Assembly: GCA_040954595.2 (NCBI GenBank)
Contig: CM082598.2
Span: forward strand, 1,116,001 to 1,180,000
Origin: Balanoglossus misakiensis
Lineage: Eukaryota > Animalia > Hemichordata
DNA: 64,000 nt
Reading direction: 5' to 3'
Shown here: one piece after another, positions 1 to 18,687 of the stretch
Layout of the letters: every line of letters begins with the position of its first letter
Position numbering within the stretch: position 1 is the first letter of the stretch
Notes under the pieces: model-generated
What the model was told of the DNA's origin: nothing
The model's input: the letters and a program-made list of their open reading frames with translations, nothing else
Database searches by the model: none
Program-made: the position numbers and the translations under genes

Positions 1-115
1 CATGTGACAAAGGGCAGTGCACATGATGCCACTTGTCATTATAAACTTTCACCACCATGAGATTTTTTCCCCATCACTCTTGATCAAGTTTTGTCCATCT
101 CCTTTATCGTTCCAG

Positions 116-1180
116 AAACTAGAAACGCTCACCATTAGGATTCAGAAGCTGGAAACTACTTTAAGCATTCTTGAAGCAAAGGTATTGCTACTTCAACCCT
201 TTCACCACCATGGTTTGGCCGAAATCTATTGTTTTCTATGGTAAATTTGGACCTCTTTCTGTCTGCCATTTTCTGTCCACCCTGACTAAACCTTTGCCTC
301 TCATTCACAGCTTGCCTCCATTCCCGGTCTTGACGATGTCTCTGCAGCTTCAGCGCCCTCTGCAGGCAACACCGCTCCACCTGCGCAGGCTTCAGCAAGT
401 GTGCCGACCCCCCAGGAAGCAGTGGCAACAACAGCAGACCAATCAGTACGTGGCAATATTTGATAGTTATGCATATATTAGCATAATTAATGCACTGTCA
501 GAATCCTATAACTGGCATATCCCTCTACAACTATCAACGGATTTTCAGAGTTAAAGAAATTGTTTGACCTAGCATGTAACTTATGAATTTCATTCTATTA
601 AACTTATCACAGACGACAGAAGAGGCTGCACCTCCTGAAGCAACTGTTGCAGCAAATCCAGTCTCACAAGATTCAAGATATGCTCATTATTTCAAAATGT
701 TGCATGTAGTAAGTAGAACTAGAAGTACCATTTCTTTGGAAGTTGAGAATGATTTTGGAAATTAGACAATTCATAGAATCAATGTTTTTTGTCTGAATTT
801 TCAGTTTCATCCAAGTTCATCCACCCTGCTGAGTTCTAAACTCTTCCCATTTCTTTGGACTGAACCATAGTGGTGAAAGTAAACATAAATATTTGTTTGT
901 TTTCTCCAGGGAATTCCTCACAACGCTGTCAAACAGAAAATGAAAGCTGAGGGGGTTGATCCAGATCTTTTAGAGTAAGTATCATCAGAGGTTTGCATAA
1001 TGTAAAATCACCTACCTAGATTCTAGACTGTGATTCAATGTCTTCTTCGTAGATCTAAAAGATTGTTGTCTTGTTGTGTTTACTTTCAGTGACCCGAACG
1101 CCCCTGCACCACCAAAAGATGCAGCCAGCAGTGAGAGTGACTTCAGTGATGACAGTCAGAGTAGTTTCAGCGATGACTAA
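116..1180 (+). CDS. WASHC3: WASH complex subunit 3 (CCDC53), 3' exons 116-181, 311-445, 613-708, 910-974, 1090-1180; 5' end outside window
   Basis: Spliced translation KLETLTIRIQKLETTLSILEAK/LASIPGLDDVS.../YAHYFKMLHV/GIPHNAVKQKMKAEGVDPDLLD/DPNAPAPP...SSFSDD* matches the recalled CCDC53 sequence; GT-AG introns are in phase. Confidence 0.9.
193..256. mobile_element. TTAA/CCCTTTCACC MITE, truncated copy just after a WASHC3 splice donor
   Basis: CCCTTTCACCACCATGGTTTGG...GTTTTCTATGG...GGACCTCT matches the full copy at 48056-48148. Confidence 0.75.
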
Positions 1181-2392
1181 CTTCAAAGTTCACAAACTCT
1201 CAACACTGTGTCGATCTGGATATACTGACCTGAAATTACAATCAAATATTCCATGCTTAATGTTGAAACTGGACATTGCATCCAGGAAAAGTTCTGCTGG
1301 CATTCTTAGTGAGACATAGACAGAATTGTTGTTTGTGAACGGATGGGGGCGCTCTTCGTGGCTGGCACACCCCAACATTAACACATTATGCTGTTCCATG
1401 ATCTATTAAAATCATTTGTAAATATTTCAGTACTTGGGAATTTCTCACACCTACACTCTACTGTTTTAAGAGAGAAGCAGAATAAATGAAAGTTGTATAA
1501 AGACTGATTTTTCTCGTGCTTCATTATGAATACCAATGGGGAATTTAAAAACATGAAAAAAGAGACCCTGGTAAAATGTACCAGCCAAGTGTCACCAGAT
1601 GAACAATGCAAGTTTGACACTCGTAGCCTGCAACCACAGAGAGTATAGGGCTTTGCCAGCTCTGCTCCCACGGTCTCCTTGAAAATCAATTATGAGCGTT
1701 TGAAAGGCGATTATGTTCACTATTGTCCAGCATTGTACTACCTATTGTATTATAGATCAATACAACAATCCGGGAGCCCTTTTCTATACCTGGCTACTGA
1801 GTAAACCACAGAAAATATGCTCATGTAATCTTCTTAGCTGTCTGGGGAGTGTTGCTATATAGGACTAAATATCCATTCCAGGTGAATACTCCTGACCTCT
1901 CACCCCTTTTGATATAACCAAATCCAACTTTATGATACAAAACAACCAGAATAATTCTGAATCCCACACCAGGGATACAATAGCAGTAATTCACTGGGCA
2001 AGAACTGGGCCCTTGGGACAGTCATGTGACGGGGGACAAGACAAGACAGGCCAAAAACCATGCAGGCATATTCTCAGTGCAGGTTTATACATGTTTTAGT
2101 GCTATTCAAAATAAGATGCACTGAGAAAGCTACATATAACTACAAAAACTTGGGCACCAGTCTCTGGCCACGAGGGGGATAGGCAGTGAAGACAGCCATG
2201 AATTTAAGTGTATGAATAAGCAGTAGTTTTATTTCTGTTTAAAATAAAACCAGTTAATTACATTCACTTTTATTTACAGTGTTGTGAGATTGTATTTTGT
2301 TTACTTTGAACAAGAATGTTCAAGTTAGATTCATGTCAGTTATGTACAATGTTGTCTAGTCCTTGTCGGTGATTGTCGTTTTGTTTTGAAGT

Positions 2393-4790
<2,398 letters not shown>

Positions 4791-4929
4791 TTTGTTTGAT
4801 AAATTAAGTTTTAAAAAAGCTTCTAAAATACAAAACCACGGAGGTTCGACTGTCAACCTGTTGTCACCAAAAATTGGTTCCAAATGTTTCTCTCGGTTGG
4901 GTGGGAGACGGAATAAGTAGCCGGGTGTA

Positions 4930-5032
4930 TCACGTGGTTTTTGAAGCAGCCAATCGCCGTTGTTCTTATTGTTTACTGTTGAACTGGTGACAGTGGCCAT
5001 GGGATACGAGTGACGTCATTTTGGACCAATCA
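4930..5032 (-). promoter_or_regulatory. Beta-tubulin A proximal promoter motifs (E-box CACGTG, CRE TGACGTCA, CCAAT boxes)
   Basis: TCACGTG ~4930, CCAAT ~4950 and ~5026, TGACGTCA 5011-5018; CACGTG/ACGT plus CCAATCAC also occur upstream of copies B and C. Confidence 0.45.
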
Positions 5033-7531
5033 CTTTTTGGTCCCAACCGATCGAATTTTCATTGTGTTTGAACGAATTCTTAAAAAACTCGGGTTTGGAA
5101 GGAAATAACCATGCAGTTAAATGTCCTTTTATCGGTTTTAACTATAATAACTTGATATTTACTGGGTTGAAAAGATGCAATTTTCACGACTGTCTAGAAA
5201 TCAAGAACAGAATTATAGGCCAACAGTGAAATTTAATATCTGGTATACAGCTGATCTGGTCCAGAAACCGCAGCCATGTTTGGCAGAACCTGGCTGTTGC
5301 TATGGACGTCCCAGGACTCACCAATAACACAGTGACACACATACCGTTTACGTCACAGAATGTATACTAAATAAATGAGGACAAATTCTATGAACAAACC
5401 AAGGTCCCATGAACAAACTCTCATGAACAAACTAAGTGAAATGTGGTTGCCAAGAATAATAGTGTCTCCAGTTGCCTCCAGTGAAATCGACTAACTACTG
5501 TATGTGCTACTAACTGGGTGTGTTTTCAACTTGGAGATACCTGGCAGTTTCAAACGCAAATTCAATAACGAAGGAATGTGTCTCCCGATGTGGATTTGCA
5601 GAGGGGTTTTAGTGCTATCATGGAGATATCTTTCAGGTACACGACATTAGCCCCTTAGTAAATATAGGCACCGTTGTAGAGCTGTAGGCTTACGGTATCT
5701 CTCACATAGAGTTCTCATTTCAATTTTCTTTCTTACAGCCATGTAGCTATAGTCTGGCCCCTATCTTACCGGTATTCATTTCAAAACGTCCTTTATACAT
5801 CGCCAGTGCTTTGCAACTGAACAAAGCACAATGTAAAGGGACTTGAATAAAGGTACGCATATTTTTAACGAGCTCACACGCCCACAGCATATGAATTGCA
5901 CTCCACTCAGCATTATTGTGGAGGTCGACTGTCATGCATTCACACGTACAGGTCAACGCCTATGTAGCGGGTCAGTTCATAGTCCATCGGGGACTGATTG
6001 TCAAACCACTTTGGTTTGGTGTAAACGAAGAGGCAAAACGCGGGAAACAAAGTCACACCAGAGACTGTGTAGGAAAACACAATCAATTTGCCCTTCTGTG
6101 ACAGATCTCCATTATATATAAAACACGATGCCACAGACAAATTGTCCCAAACCAGTAGGCAGGCCTGGTAGCTTGGGAAAGACAAAGTATATGGGCTCTA
6201 TATTTCTTGAAACCTGTGGTTAAAACTTAACATATCCAAGTTTGTTTGACCATGATCACGTTCATGGTTTGACACATTCCGTGGATCTTATAAATTGCAC
6301 CAATTTCGAACACTCGTGCCTGGACACTAATCTTGACATTGCATGATCTTCCCTGCTCTAAACATGCTTTACATGTATAGACTCGTTGTTATTTACGGGT
6401 AACGTTGGCACGTAGAAAACAATGAAACGTCAATATGAAAGACGCAATTTAAAGTCAAAGACAATGAGCAAACGTCTTTTGTTTTTCCTAAGTCATTTAC
6501 GGGCTGCAAAACATTGTTAATCGCGGTAAATGTGGTCACAATTCCTCGGTATTGGAAAATTGATACATGCGGTCAGCGCCCGCAGTCGGCGTCAACTGGT
6601 CGAAGTTTTTGACAAGACACTTATGAGTCACCTAGTAACGGAAATACCACGATGATATCAACCTGTTGGAATTTGCTAGTTGCTGACCCTGACAGATTTT
6701 TTTGTCTGATATACATCGCTGCAGGAAATCACAGGACGTGCCAGTAGAGTATGCAAAATCACCACAGTAGCCAGAGGCCAATAATATAAATGAATGGTCA
6801 ATAAACTGTGTACTACCGGTAATATATACTACTACATGCCGCCCCAAACGTGTGAACTTATGGCATACAGTTGCCAATTTCGAAGATGGGGCTACGGTAT
6901 TTTTATGGTGTAAATCAACACAACATTCATTATAGAGGTATGGGTATATCTGGTCAAACAGCCAACATGAACAAGCTTCTATCTGTGGTCTATTTTGTTT
7001 GGAAGAATATAAATCCCTTCACACACATGACTGAACATGCTTCTGGTTAACAAAAGCCAGGGACAGCTATGGTTGCTCACGAACTGGGCATACATACAGT
7101 GACATTTCAGCTGTGATATCAGACAGGTGTCGTCGTTATGACAGAGTCTGCAACAGGGCGTTACAACCACATATATTCTGACATCAAACCAGAATTGAGT
7201 GAAATGGGCAGTGGTGGGAACAGAAATAATTGCAGATTTTGGCCATATCTTGTCTTGGTTTCAGTTATTCCCCAGCACATGTAGACTTTCTCCCTCCCCG
7301 GATTTTATTCAAAGCAGCAAAAACAAGAAACACACACACCAATAGATATGATTGCAAAATCCCTGATTTTTTTTATTTGTTCTTTAATACTGTACACGCC
7401 AGTAAGTACTGGTTATAATTTTTACTTTACACGATTTTAGAAATGGAATGTTATTTTTATTTCTTTGAACTTGACAGTTCATTGAAGTGTTTTACAGCCG
7501 ATGTTATTGGCTGAGTTCATTTTGATTGAAT

Positions 7532-9632
<2,101 letters not shown>

Positions 9633-9733
9633 TTTGTTGATGGGTTTCGGGAATGGCTTGAAAAATGAAAAATTGGCCGAGGAGACAACGACGTGTACAC
9701 CGCTTCGAAGTTTGTTCTCACATGCCCTTGGTA

Positions 9734-9755
9734 ACAGTTGCGATGGAATATATAG
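9734..9755 (-). promoter_or_regulatory. TATA-containing core promoter of tubulin B, shared with copy C at 15316-15337
   Basis: ACAGTTGCGATGGAATATATAG versus ACAGTTGGAATGGAATATATAG (20/22 identical), about 90-120 bp upstream of each ATG. Confidence 0.55.
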
Positions 9756-10326
9756 GCGCTTAAGCGCCTCCCTGTCACGTGATATGTTCAAACTAACCAA
9801 TCACGGTCCGAGAGAATGGTGTATCTCTAAACATAAAACAATGGGTCAAATCCAACGATTGACAGTTCGGTTTTCGCGCATGTTGTGAATTGTGTCCAAG
9901 GCGACGTACTGTTTATTGCTTCTGCCTGACACAATTAAATATTTATGCTATTATGAAGCCTCGTACTTCCGAAAGTACTAGTATTATTGCATATTTCTTT
10001 ACTACACGTACACACAATCTGATTTCCGTTTTCGCGTAAAGGAATTACATCAAAGTAAAGATCAGATATTCAACTTCATTAAAAATACAAGGATTGTGGG
10101 GTTGGGTGTTCTAAGACTGAGTAATTTTGTCTTTCACCAGAACAACCTGACCGACTCATTTTAAGAAACTTATTATAGAAGGCCATGGGGAGTTTGCATA
10201 TAACACATAATATAGTTAAATACTCGAAAACTCAAATAGGCCCGTACAGACAAATATTGCTTTCGTACACATAAATGCTGCATTCTTTTCTGTCTGGCCC
10301 TCGATAGGGATCAGTGCATTACACAG

Positions 10327-10421
10327 CGTAGCGGGCTAGCTCTGCGTACAGGTCTGTGTGTTCCCGGCGTTACACGGCCTCCACCGCACCACAGTGGTGT
10401 ACGCAGAGCTACGTAGCGGGC
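10327..10421. mobile_element. 75-bp MITE with 14-bp TIRs and a 10-bp target-site duplication (AcademH-like)
   Basis: TIRs TAGCTCTGCGTACA 10337-10350 and TGTACGCAGAGCTA 10398-10411, flanked by CGTAGCGGGC at 10327-10336 and 10412-10421. Confidence 0.8.
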
Positions 10422-11069
10422 CTACTAATAGGGCGTAAGATGATAACATTGTACTGTTTTTCTTTAGTCAAGCAGTTCGTTCTTTGGTCAACGTACGATA
10501 ACGTTGCAGACGACACTGTCAAACAATTACCAATACCGGGATTAGGTCAAGAAACTAAGGTACTGACCCGTAAATAGTCTTCGCACATGTCAATGCACAG
10601 AAAAGTCCTGACAGATAAATTATGACAGGCCTACATCCATAGGCCTAGTTCACTTTGTCTCCTGTTTCGCAAGTTCATTGCGCCATAAACCTAAAAATAA
10701 GTAAACAAATCACACTATTCTGATTACAATTGTTTGATTTAAAAGCTTTCAGTATTTTTTTTCTCCATCGTCCAACCCTGCTCCTCCACCTTGGATGAAA
10801 ATATCTACGTGTATACGACGGCAATACAGGCTGATGTATTGCGTGAAGAGCGCTCTCTGTGGTCAGAGTGAGATTTTGATATCGCGCGCTATAATTCAAG
10901 TTTTTGCGCGCATTTCGCTGTCTTTTCACGACTAAAAATTTACTACCGAGGACACCCAATACAGCTCTTAGGAGTGTGTGTTTTCTACAGACTCTGGCAG
11001 ACACGGCTTGCCCGCAAATTATAAATATATTCCAATGAAAACCCACCGTAGAATCCATGTGGCCGCCTG

Positions 11070-11104
11070 AGGTCAAATATACCGTCACGTGACCTGAGAG
11101 GTCA
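11070..11104 (+). promoter_or_regulatory. TSPO upstream element: GTCACGTGAC palindrome with three AGGTCA/TGACCT half-sites
   Basis: AGGTCA 11070-11075, GTCACGTGAC 11084-11093, TGACCT 11090-11095, AGGTCA 11099-11104; a probable non-coding first exon ends near 11199. Confidence 0.5.
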
Positions 11105-11597
11105 AACTATTACGCAATGCATCATTGGGACAGCTGACTCCATTCGTAAACAGTGATCAACTACATAGGGCTCTGGCGTCAAGTTTTACGAGGAAACTGG
11201 TAGGTCATGAGCTGATATTTGAAGAAACTACATCTTGTTTCCAATCGTGAAATAACCAGAGCGTGAGGTTCGCTGAAATTTGCTGAAAACACTGATTTGA
11301 TCGACCCAGAAATGTGATTGATCACATCATCAGATTACGTGCATATTATAGTCGCAGCCATAGCTCTGAATTTTATATATACTAAAGTTGCTTTACATAG
11401 AAAAAAATCCAACATCCAAGAACTGATACTGTGTGGTATTTTCATACTGATGACATTTGCGTCCTGATTTTTCTGCTGCCAGTTTATGCAAAGTATATCT
11501 CTTAAAACATTTCTGTAACATGTTGTAACGTTGCATAAAGTCACTCCAACAATACTTATTTATATGAATTCTTATGAATTTCAGATCAGTTGTTGCA

Positions 11598-12199
11598 ATG
11601 AAGATGGACTTGGTTCCTGTCACTGTATCCATCGTTGTGCCATTTGTTGGCGCTGCAGTTAGCAGTATCCTGGGACGTGGCCAGTCTGGCCAGAAACAGT
11701 ACTACAAGGAACTCAAGCTACCAGATTGGAAACCTCCAGCTTGGCTGTTTGGGCCTGTCTGGACTTATCTGTATGCCACCATGGGTATTGCAGCATACTT
11801 GGTCTGGAGGGACGGGGGTGGCATGGAGAAGGCTGCCACCCCCTTGATGATGTATGGAATCTCCCTGGTCCTCAATTGGGCTTGGACACCACTGTTCTTT
11901 GGGTTTAGGTTACTTGGGATGGTGAGTTGATTAAATACAGCATCTTTCATGAAATATCTCAATGAAAAAGAATGTAACTAGAGATATAATTGTGTATATT
12001 TTTTTTTCTTTTTCAGGCATCGGTTGAGATTTTGATGTACTGGGTGTCAGTTGCTATGTGTATCTATGTGTTCTACCCTATCAACAGTACTGCATCATAT
12101 CTTCTTGTACCTCTGTTGCTATGGGTCAGTTTTGCATCGAGTATTTGCATCTATGCCTGGCGACATAACCCAGATGCAAGGAAGGAAAGCAAGGAATAA
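11598..12199 (+). CDS. TSPO: Translocator protein (TspO/MBR family), about 168 aa; exons 11598-11921, 12017-12199
   Basis: YYKELKLPDWKPPAWLFGPVWTYLYATMG and LNWAWTPLFFG are TspO signatures; hydrophobic helices. Confidence 0.95.
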
Positions 12200-12627
12200 G
12201 AGCAGCCCATTTCGGACATTTTCCGGTCAATTTATATTGAGAAGCCATTCTATGTCAAGTTCAGAGGCTGAAAATAGTCCAGTGGAACTTTTTAAAGACT
12301 CAATAAAGTTTACGTCAGGTGAAAACACCAATTCCAGAAGTGGTTGTCCATTTATAATAGCGTTTTTCCCCCGAAGTTATTTAATTTATTCGTCCGATTT
12401 CTATGCAACCCTGACAAGCAAAATGCAGAAGAATGGAAATGACTCAAAATGTTTACAGCTTATGGATGTTTTATTTTCATATTGCAACATACAAAATCCA
12501 GTTCCTGCTGGTTATTTTTTATACATCAAATGAAAAAATTGAGTGTTTTTCTTTCTTTGAACTACATTGGATAGTTCAAGGTAGTTTCTTGCCTTTCTGT
12601 TTTTTTTTACAAATGTACAGGATTTCT

Positions 12628-15230
<2,603 letters not shown>

Positions 15231-18089
15231 TTTGTAAAGTTTGTCGGGCTGGTTGATGTAAATACAATCACTATACTTCCACGTCTGAACTTGTGGTCGC
15301 TATGTGGTTTGCTTGACAGTTGGAATGGAATATATAGTGTGCGAAGGCTATGACGGGTTCAAACGCTTCATGACGTGTCCACTAATGTCCAATCACGACT
15401 TAGAGAGTTATTTATATTTGAATAATTAATATTTACTAAAACCAAATAAGGAACAACGTTGCGTATGGTTACCGTGACTAAGATGACGTAACGATGAGTG
15501 TTGTTGAACTTGTTATGGATACATACGCGATAAAGAAATAGGACACGAAATCTATCCTGGTAGGATAGTTTGTCGCTGAGATTTGTTGGTTCACTGATCT
15601 GCATTGAAGTAAATTTCATGGTAGAAAATGGACTATCAGTGAATACCAGTCTAAAAACGCATCTTTGTATGTGGTGGAAGTAACTGGAACTACTTTCCAA
15701 TGGGCGGATACAACAGAAACTGGACGAACTTCAGCCAAAGTTTCACCATGGAGACGGTGGTTTGACCCTCCCCCTGAAATCGATCACCCTTTTATTATTT
15801 TTTCGATGAATATTACTGTCAATAAAAAGATCTATGAAATGAAGACAAGTCCATAAACACACTCAAGTGATTGAAAACCAAAGGTTTGTAAATTTCACAG
15901 ACAAGGGGATTTTTTAAAAAGTTTCTTCTTCAAATCACAGCCCCCCACTCTCAGACCAAAATAACACCCAAATATGTATGGGTGCGATTTTTTACTTTAG
16001 GAATAAAGGGATGGGGTTAGAGAGATCAAGCCAACGTACATTATATTTTTCACTACATCGGTTTACATTTGAAAATACAGTGTTTTGTTTTGTGACTCCC
16101 CCTTAGTAACGATGTTATTACGTAATCTCACAAGCCCCATGATTGTATAACGGTCCGTTGATTTCAAATAGACGAATCATAGATAAATTTACTTTGCTTA
16201 CAATAGTTCTTGGTCATAGTCAATATTAGGGCCTAAATCACATCCGTACATAATGTACATTACAAGCTTTGGTCAATAGGCTAATTTAGCTGACAACGAA
16301 TTCGACTAATAGTTGCAGGTATATCTTGGCTCACGTACCAAATGGAATTATTGGCAGCTATGACAAATTGAATTTTTCGGCAGCTATGAGTGATAAAAAA
16401 GACTTGTGGGAGGAGTTAATAAATCATAGTTAACTGTAATATCACATAATTATTAAACGTGACACCTGGGTTGAAAGAGGTGCGTTCGTTGCTAAGGACA
16501 CTATGTCGTCTATCCCCTTTTCACGCCGCATGCCAGAGTCGAAATACTCACAATAATTAGTCCACAGTCCCTCTATACAGGGATTGTGATAAGTCTTACA
16601 ACACAATAAGCAATCCCTTACTGGGGTACAACAGTTCCCTTTGTTTCAACCCGAGGCTGTTTAGTTTCCAGGCATTTTAATTACACAATACCCTATTATT
16701 TTGAGTAAACATAGCACGCATGCATGGCATAGTTGCTACTAGTAAAAGTTGGTCTGGAGTCTTGACCAGTCAGCCAAACATACCGTAACAAGGGGACATT
16801 AGTGACAATCTGCTTCCTCTACAAAACTGTGATAAAAGGTCGAAACTTTCTCCATGACCGGGTTAATATTGTGGCAACTTTCACTTCCCAAATGCAGCTA
16901 CATTACTGGGTTCGAATTTCAGACGTTTTAATATTGAACTAGCAGAGACGATGTATGACGTCCAGTCTGTACTGGCAAGATTGGAACTCAGTTGAGCTCG
17001 AACACCATTCCGATGATGACAACATAGTTATTCTGAACTCATCATGATTGCAACGTGGAGGTCGTGGATTTGTACTTGTATATTTAACAAATGAATCACT
17101 GCATATGAAGTTTTATCCGTGAAGAAAATCGCCGCTTGGGTGATATGTTCTCCCCCCCCGAAATGTTGTGAACCCAAACGCTGCTGTTGCTAAGTCGCAA
17201 CAACGGCTTACGCAACCAACAAACGAACCACTTACTTTTCAAGAGACAGTAAAAGAGAATGAGAAATGTTTCTTTTGTTTTCTCTGTATCACTACTCTCT
17301 GTGTGGCCGTTAAAACCACAAGGGACTGATTAAACGCGATTTATGAAAGGAGACATCAAGGCCATAAGGTTCATTGACTCTATCACCGATTCATGTCTGC
17401 TCCAAATGTTATTACTAGATCATCACTTGTTAGAACTATTCAAAAAATATGCATGTATTGCTATCACCATCTGGCAAGGGAGGGACTAGACTCACAGATA
17501 TTATTCAATTGCGTTGTAAAGGGGTGTTGTAAAATAAGCGTTTGGATCCGAAATGAGCGCTTGAAGGAATGGACAACACTGAAAAGAATGAACACCGTGT
17601 ATTGCCAAGACAATGGGCCATAATTGTCCATTGAATCAGTGGAGCAAAAAGCAGGTAAACATTCCGAAGCAATTAAACAGTTTAATGTGTTATTTATGGC
17701 CAGTCATGACCAGTGGATACTGGTTGGCGAAGTAATATTTTATCCTGTTGAGGGTGAAGAGGTGTTACCTTAACGACCATAACATTGGTATCTTGTACTA
17801 GTACAGTAGTAGTCAAAGCAGTGTGGATGGTGATGTTCAACCAAGTCGGACCTTCAGGTCCACTGTTACTGTTTCTGGCTCAGGTCCTCAAAAACAATAC
17901 ATTTGTTCCTTGATTGACACTAAAATTACAAAAATTTTTATTAGCACTCTATAATTTATTCATACTTATTTATACGATCAAACAAATACAAATCAATTTC
18001 TGTAAAAAAGATATATTTATTTCGTTTAGGTTTATGATATTAAAATACTTCCTACAGCATAGTAAAGTCCCAATTTTGCTCAGTTTGTG

Positions 18090-18165
18090 TACATTAATTG
18101 ACCTGTCTATAGAGGCCAGTTTAGAGAAGTCCCTTGACTGGACAATGTAGGCAGGTTTGACTGTA
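18090..18165. mobile_element. Right part of a TA/CAGTC MITE (family of 62323-62484)
   Basis: CATTAATTGACC...GGCCAGTTTAG...AAGTCCC.TGACTGG...CAGGTTTGACTGTA. Confidence 0.7.
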
Positions 18166-18687
18166 CTAAGTATTTTTCTGTAAATTGAAATGTTATGTCT
18201 TTTTTTTTGTGAATTTCTTTCAAAGATGTTACAACTGCTGAGCATGTTAGAGCCATAAGAAGGAATAAAGACACTGAACAAAAATACCAGAAAAGTTACA
18301 GCAAAGTTTCAAGACACACACAAAATCAGAATTTGTGACATCAGAATTAAATGGTAAGGAGCATTTACAACACAAAATACATTTAAATTATGAGACTGAG
18401 TAAACCATATCATTCTTGTGCATATTATATAAAATTAATGATTGGAGGCATTGAATTGATCACATCAAATTTCATGCTTAATATAAATTGATAAACATTA
18501 CATTTCATTGAAGTCTCTGTTTTAAATTTTCAGTTTTGCATGCTTGCTGATTGTTTTTTTTTATATTCAGGAAATCAATTCTTTCCTTTCTTGGCAAGGA
18601 TGTGTTGCTTGTACTATCTTTTTTTTCTTTGAGACCTGAATTTTGTTTATTAAACTATGATAGTCTCAATACTGAACGGAAAGCTTG

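Noticed and set aside
4995-5310. RFX X-box-like sequences upstream of tubulin A
   Set aside because: Only partial matches to a degenerate consensus, expected by chance
15400-17900. Intergenic short ORFs and a small hairpin near 16563-16588
   Set aside because: No recognisable protein, RNA-gene or repeat signature
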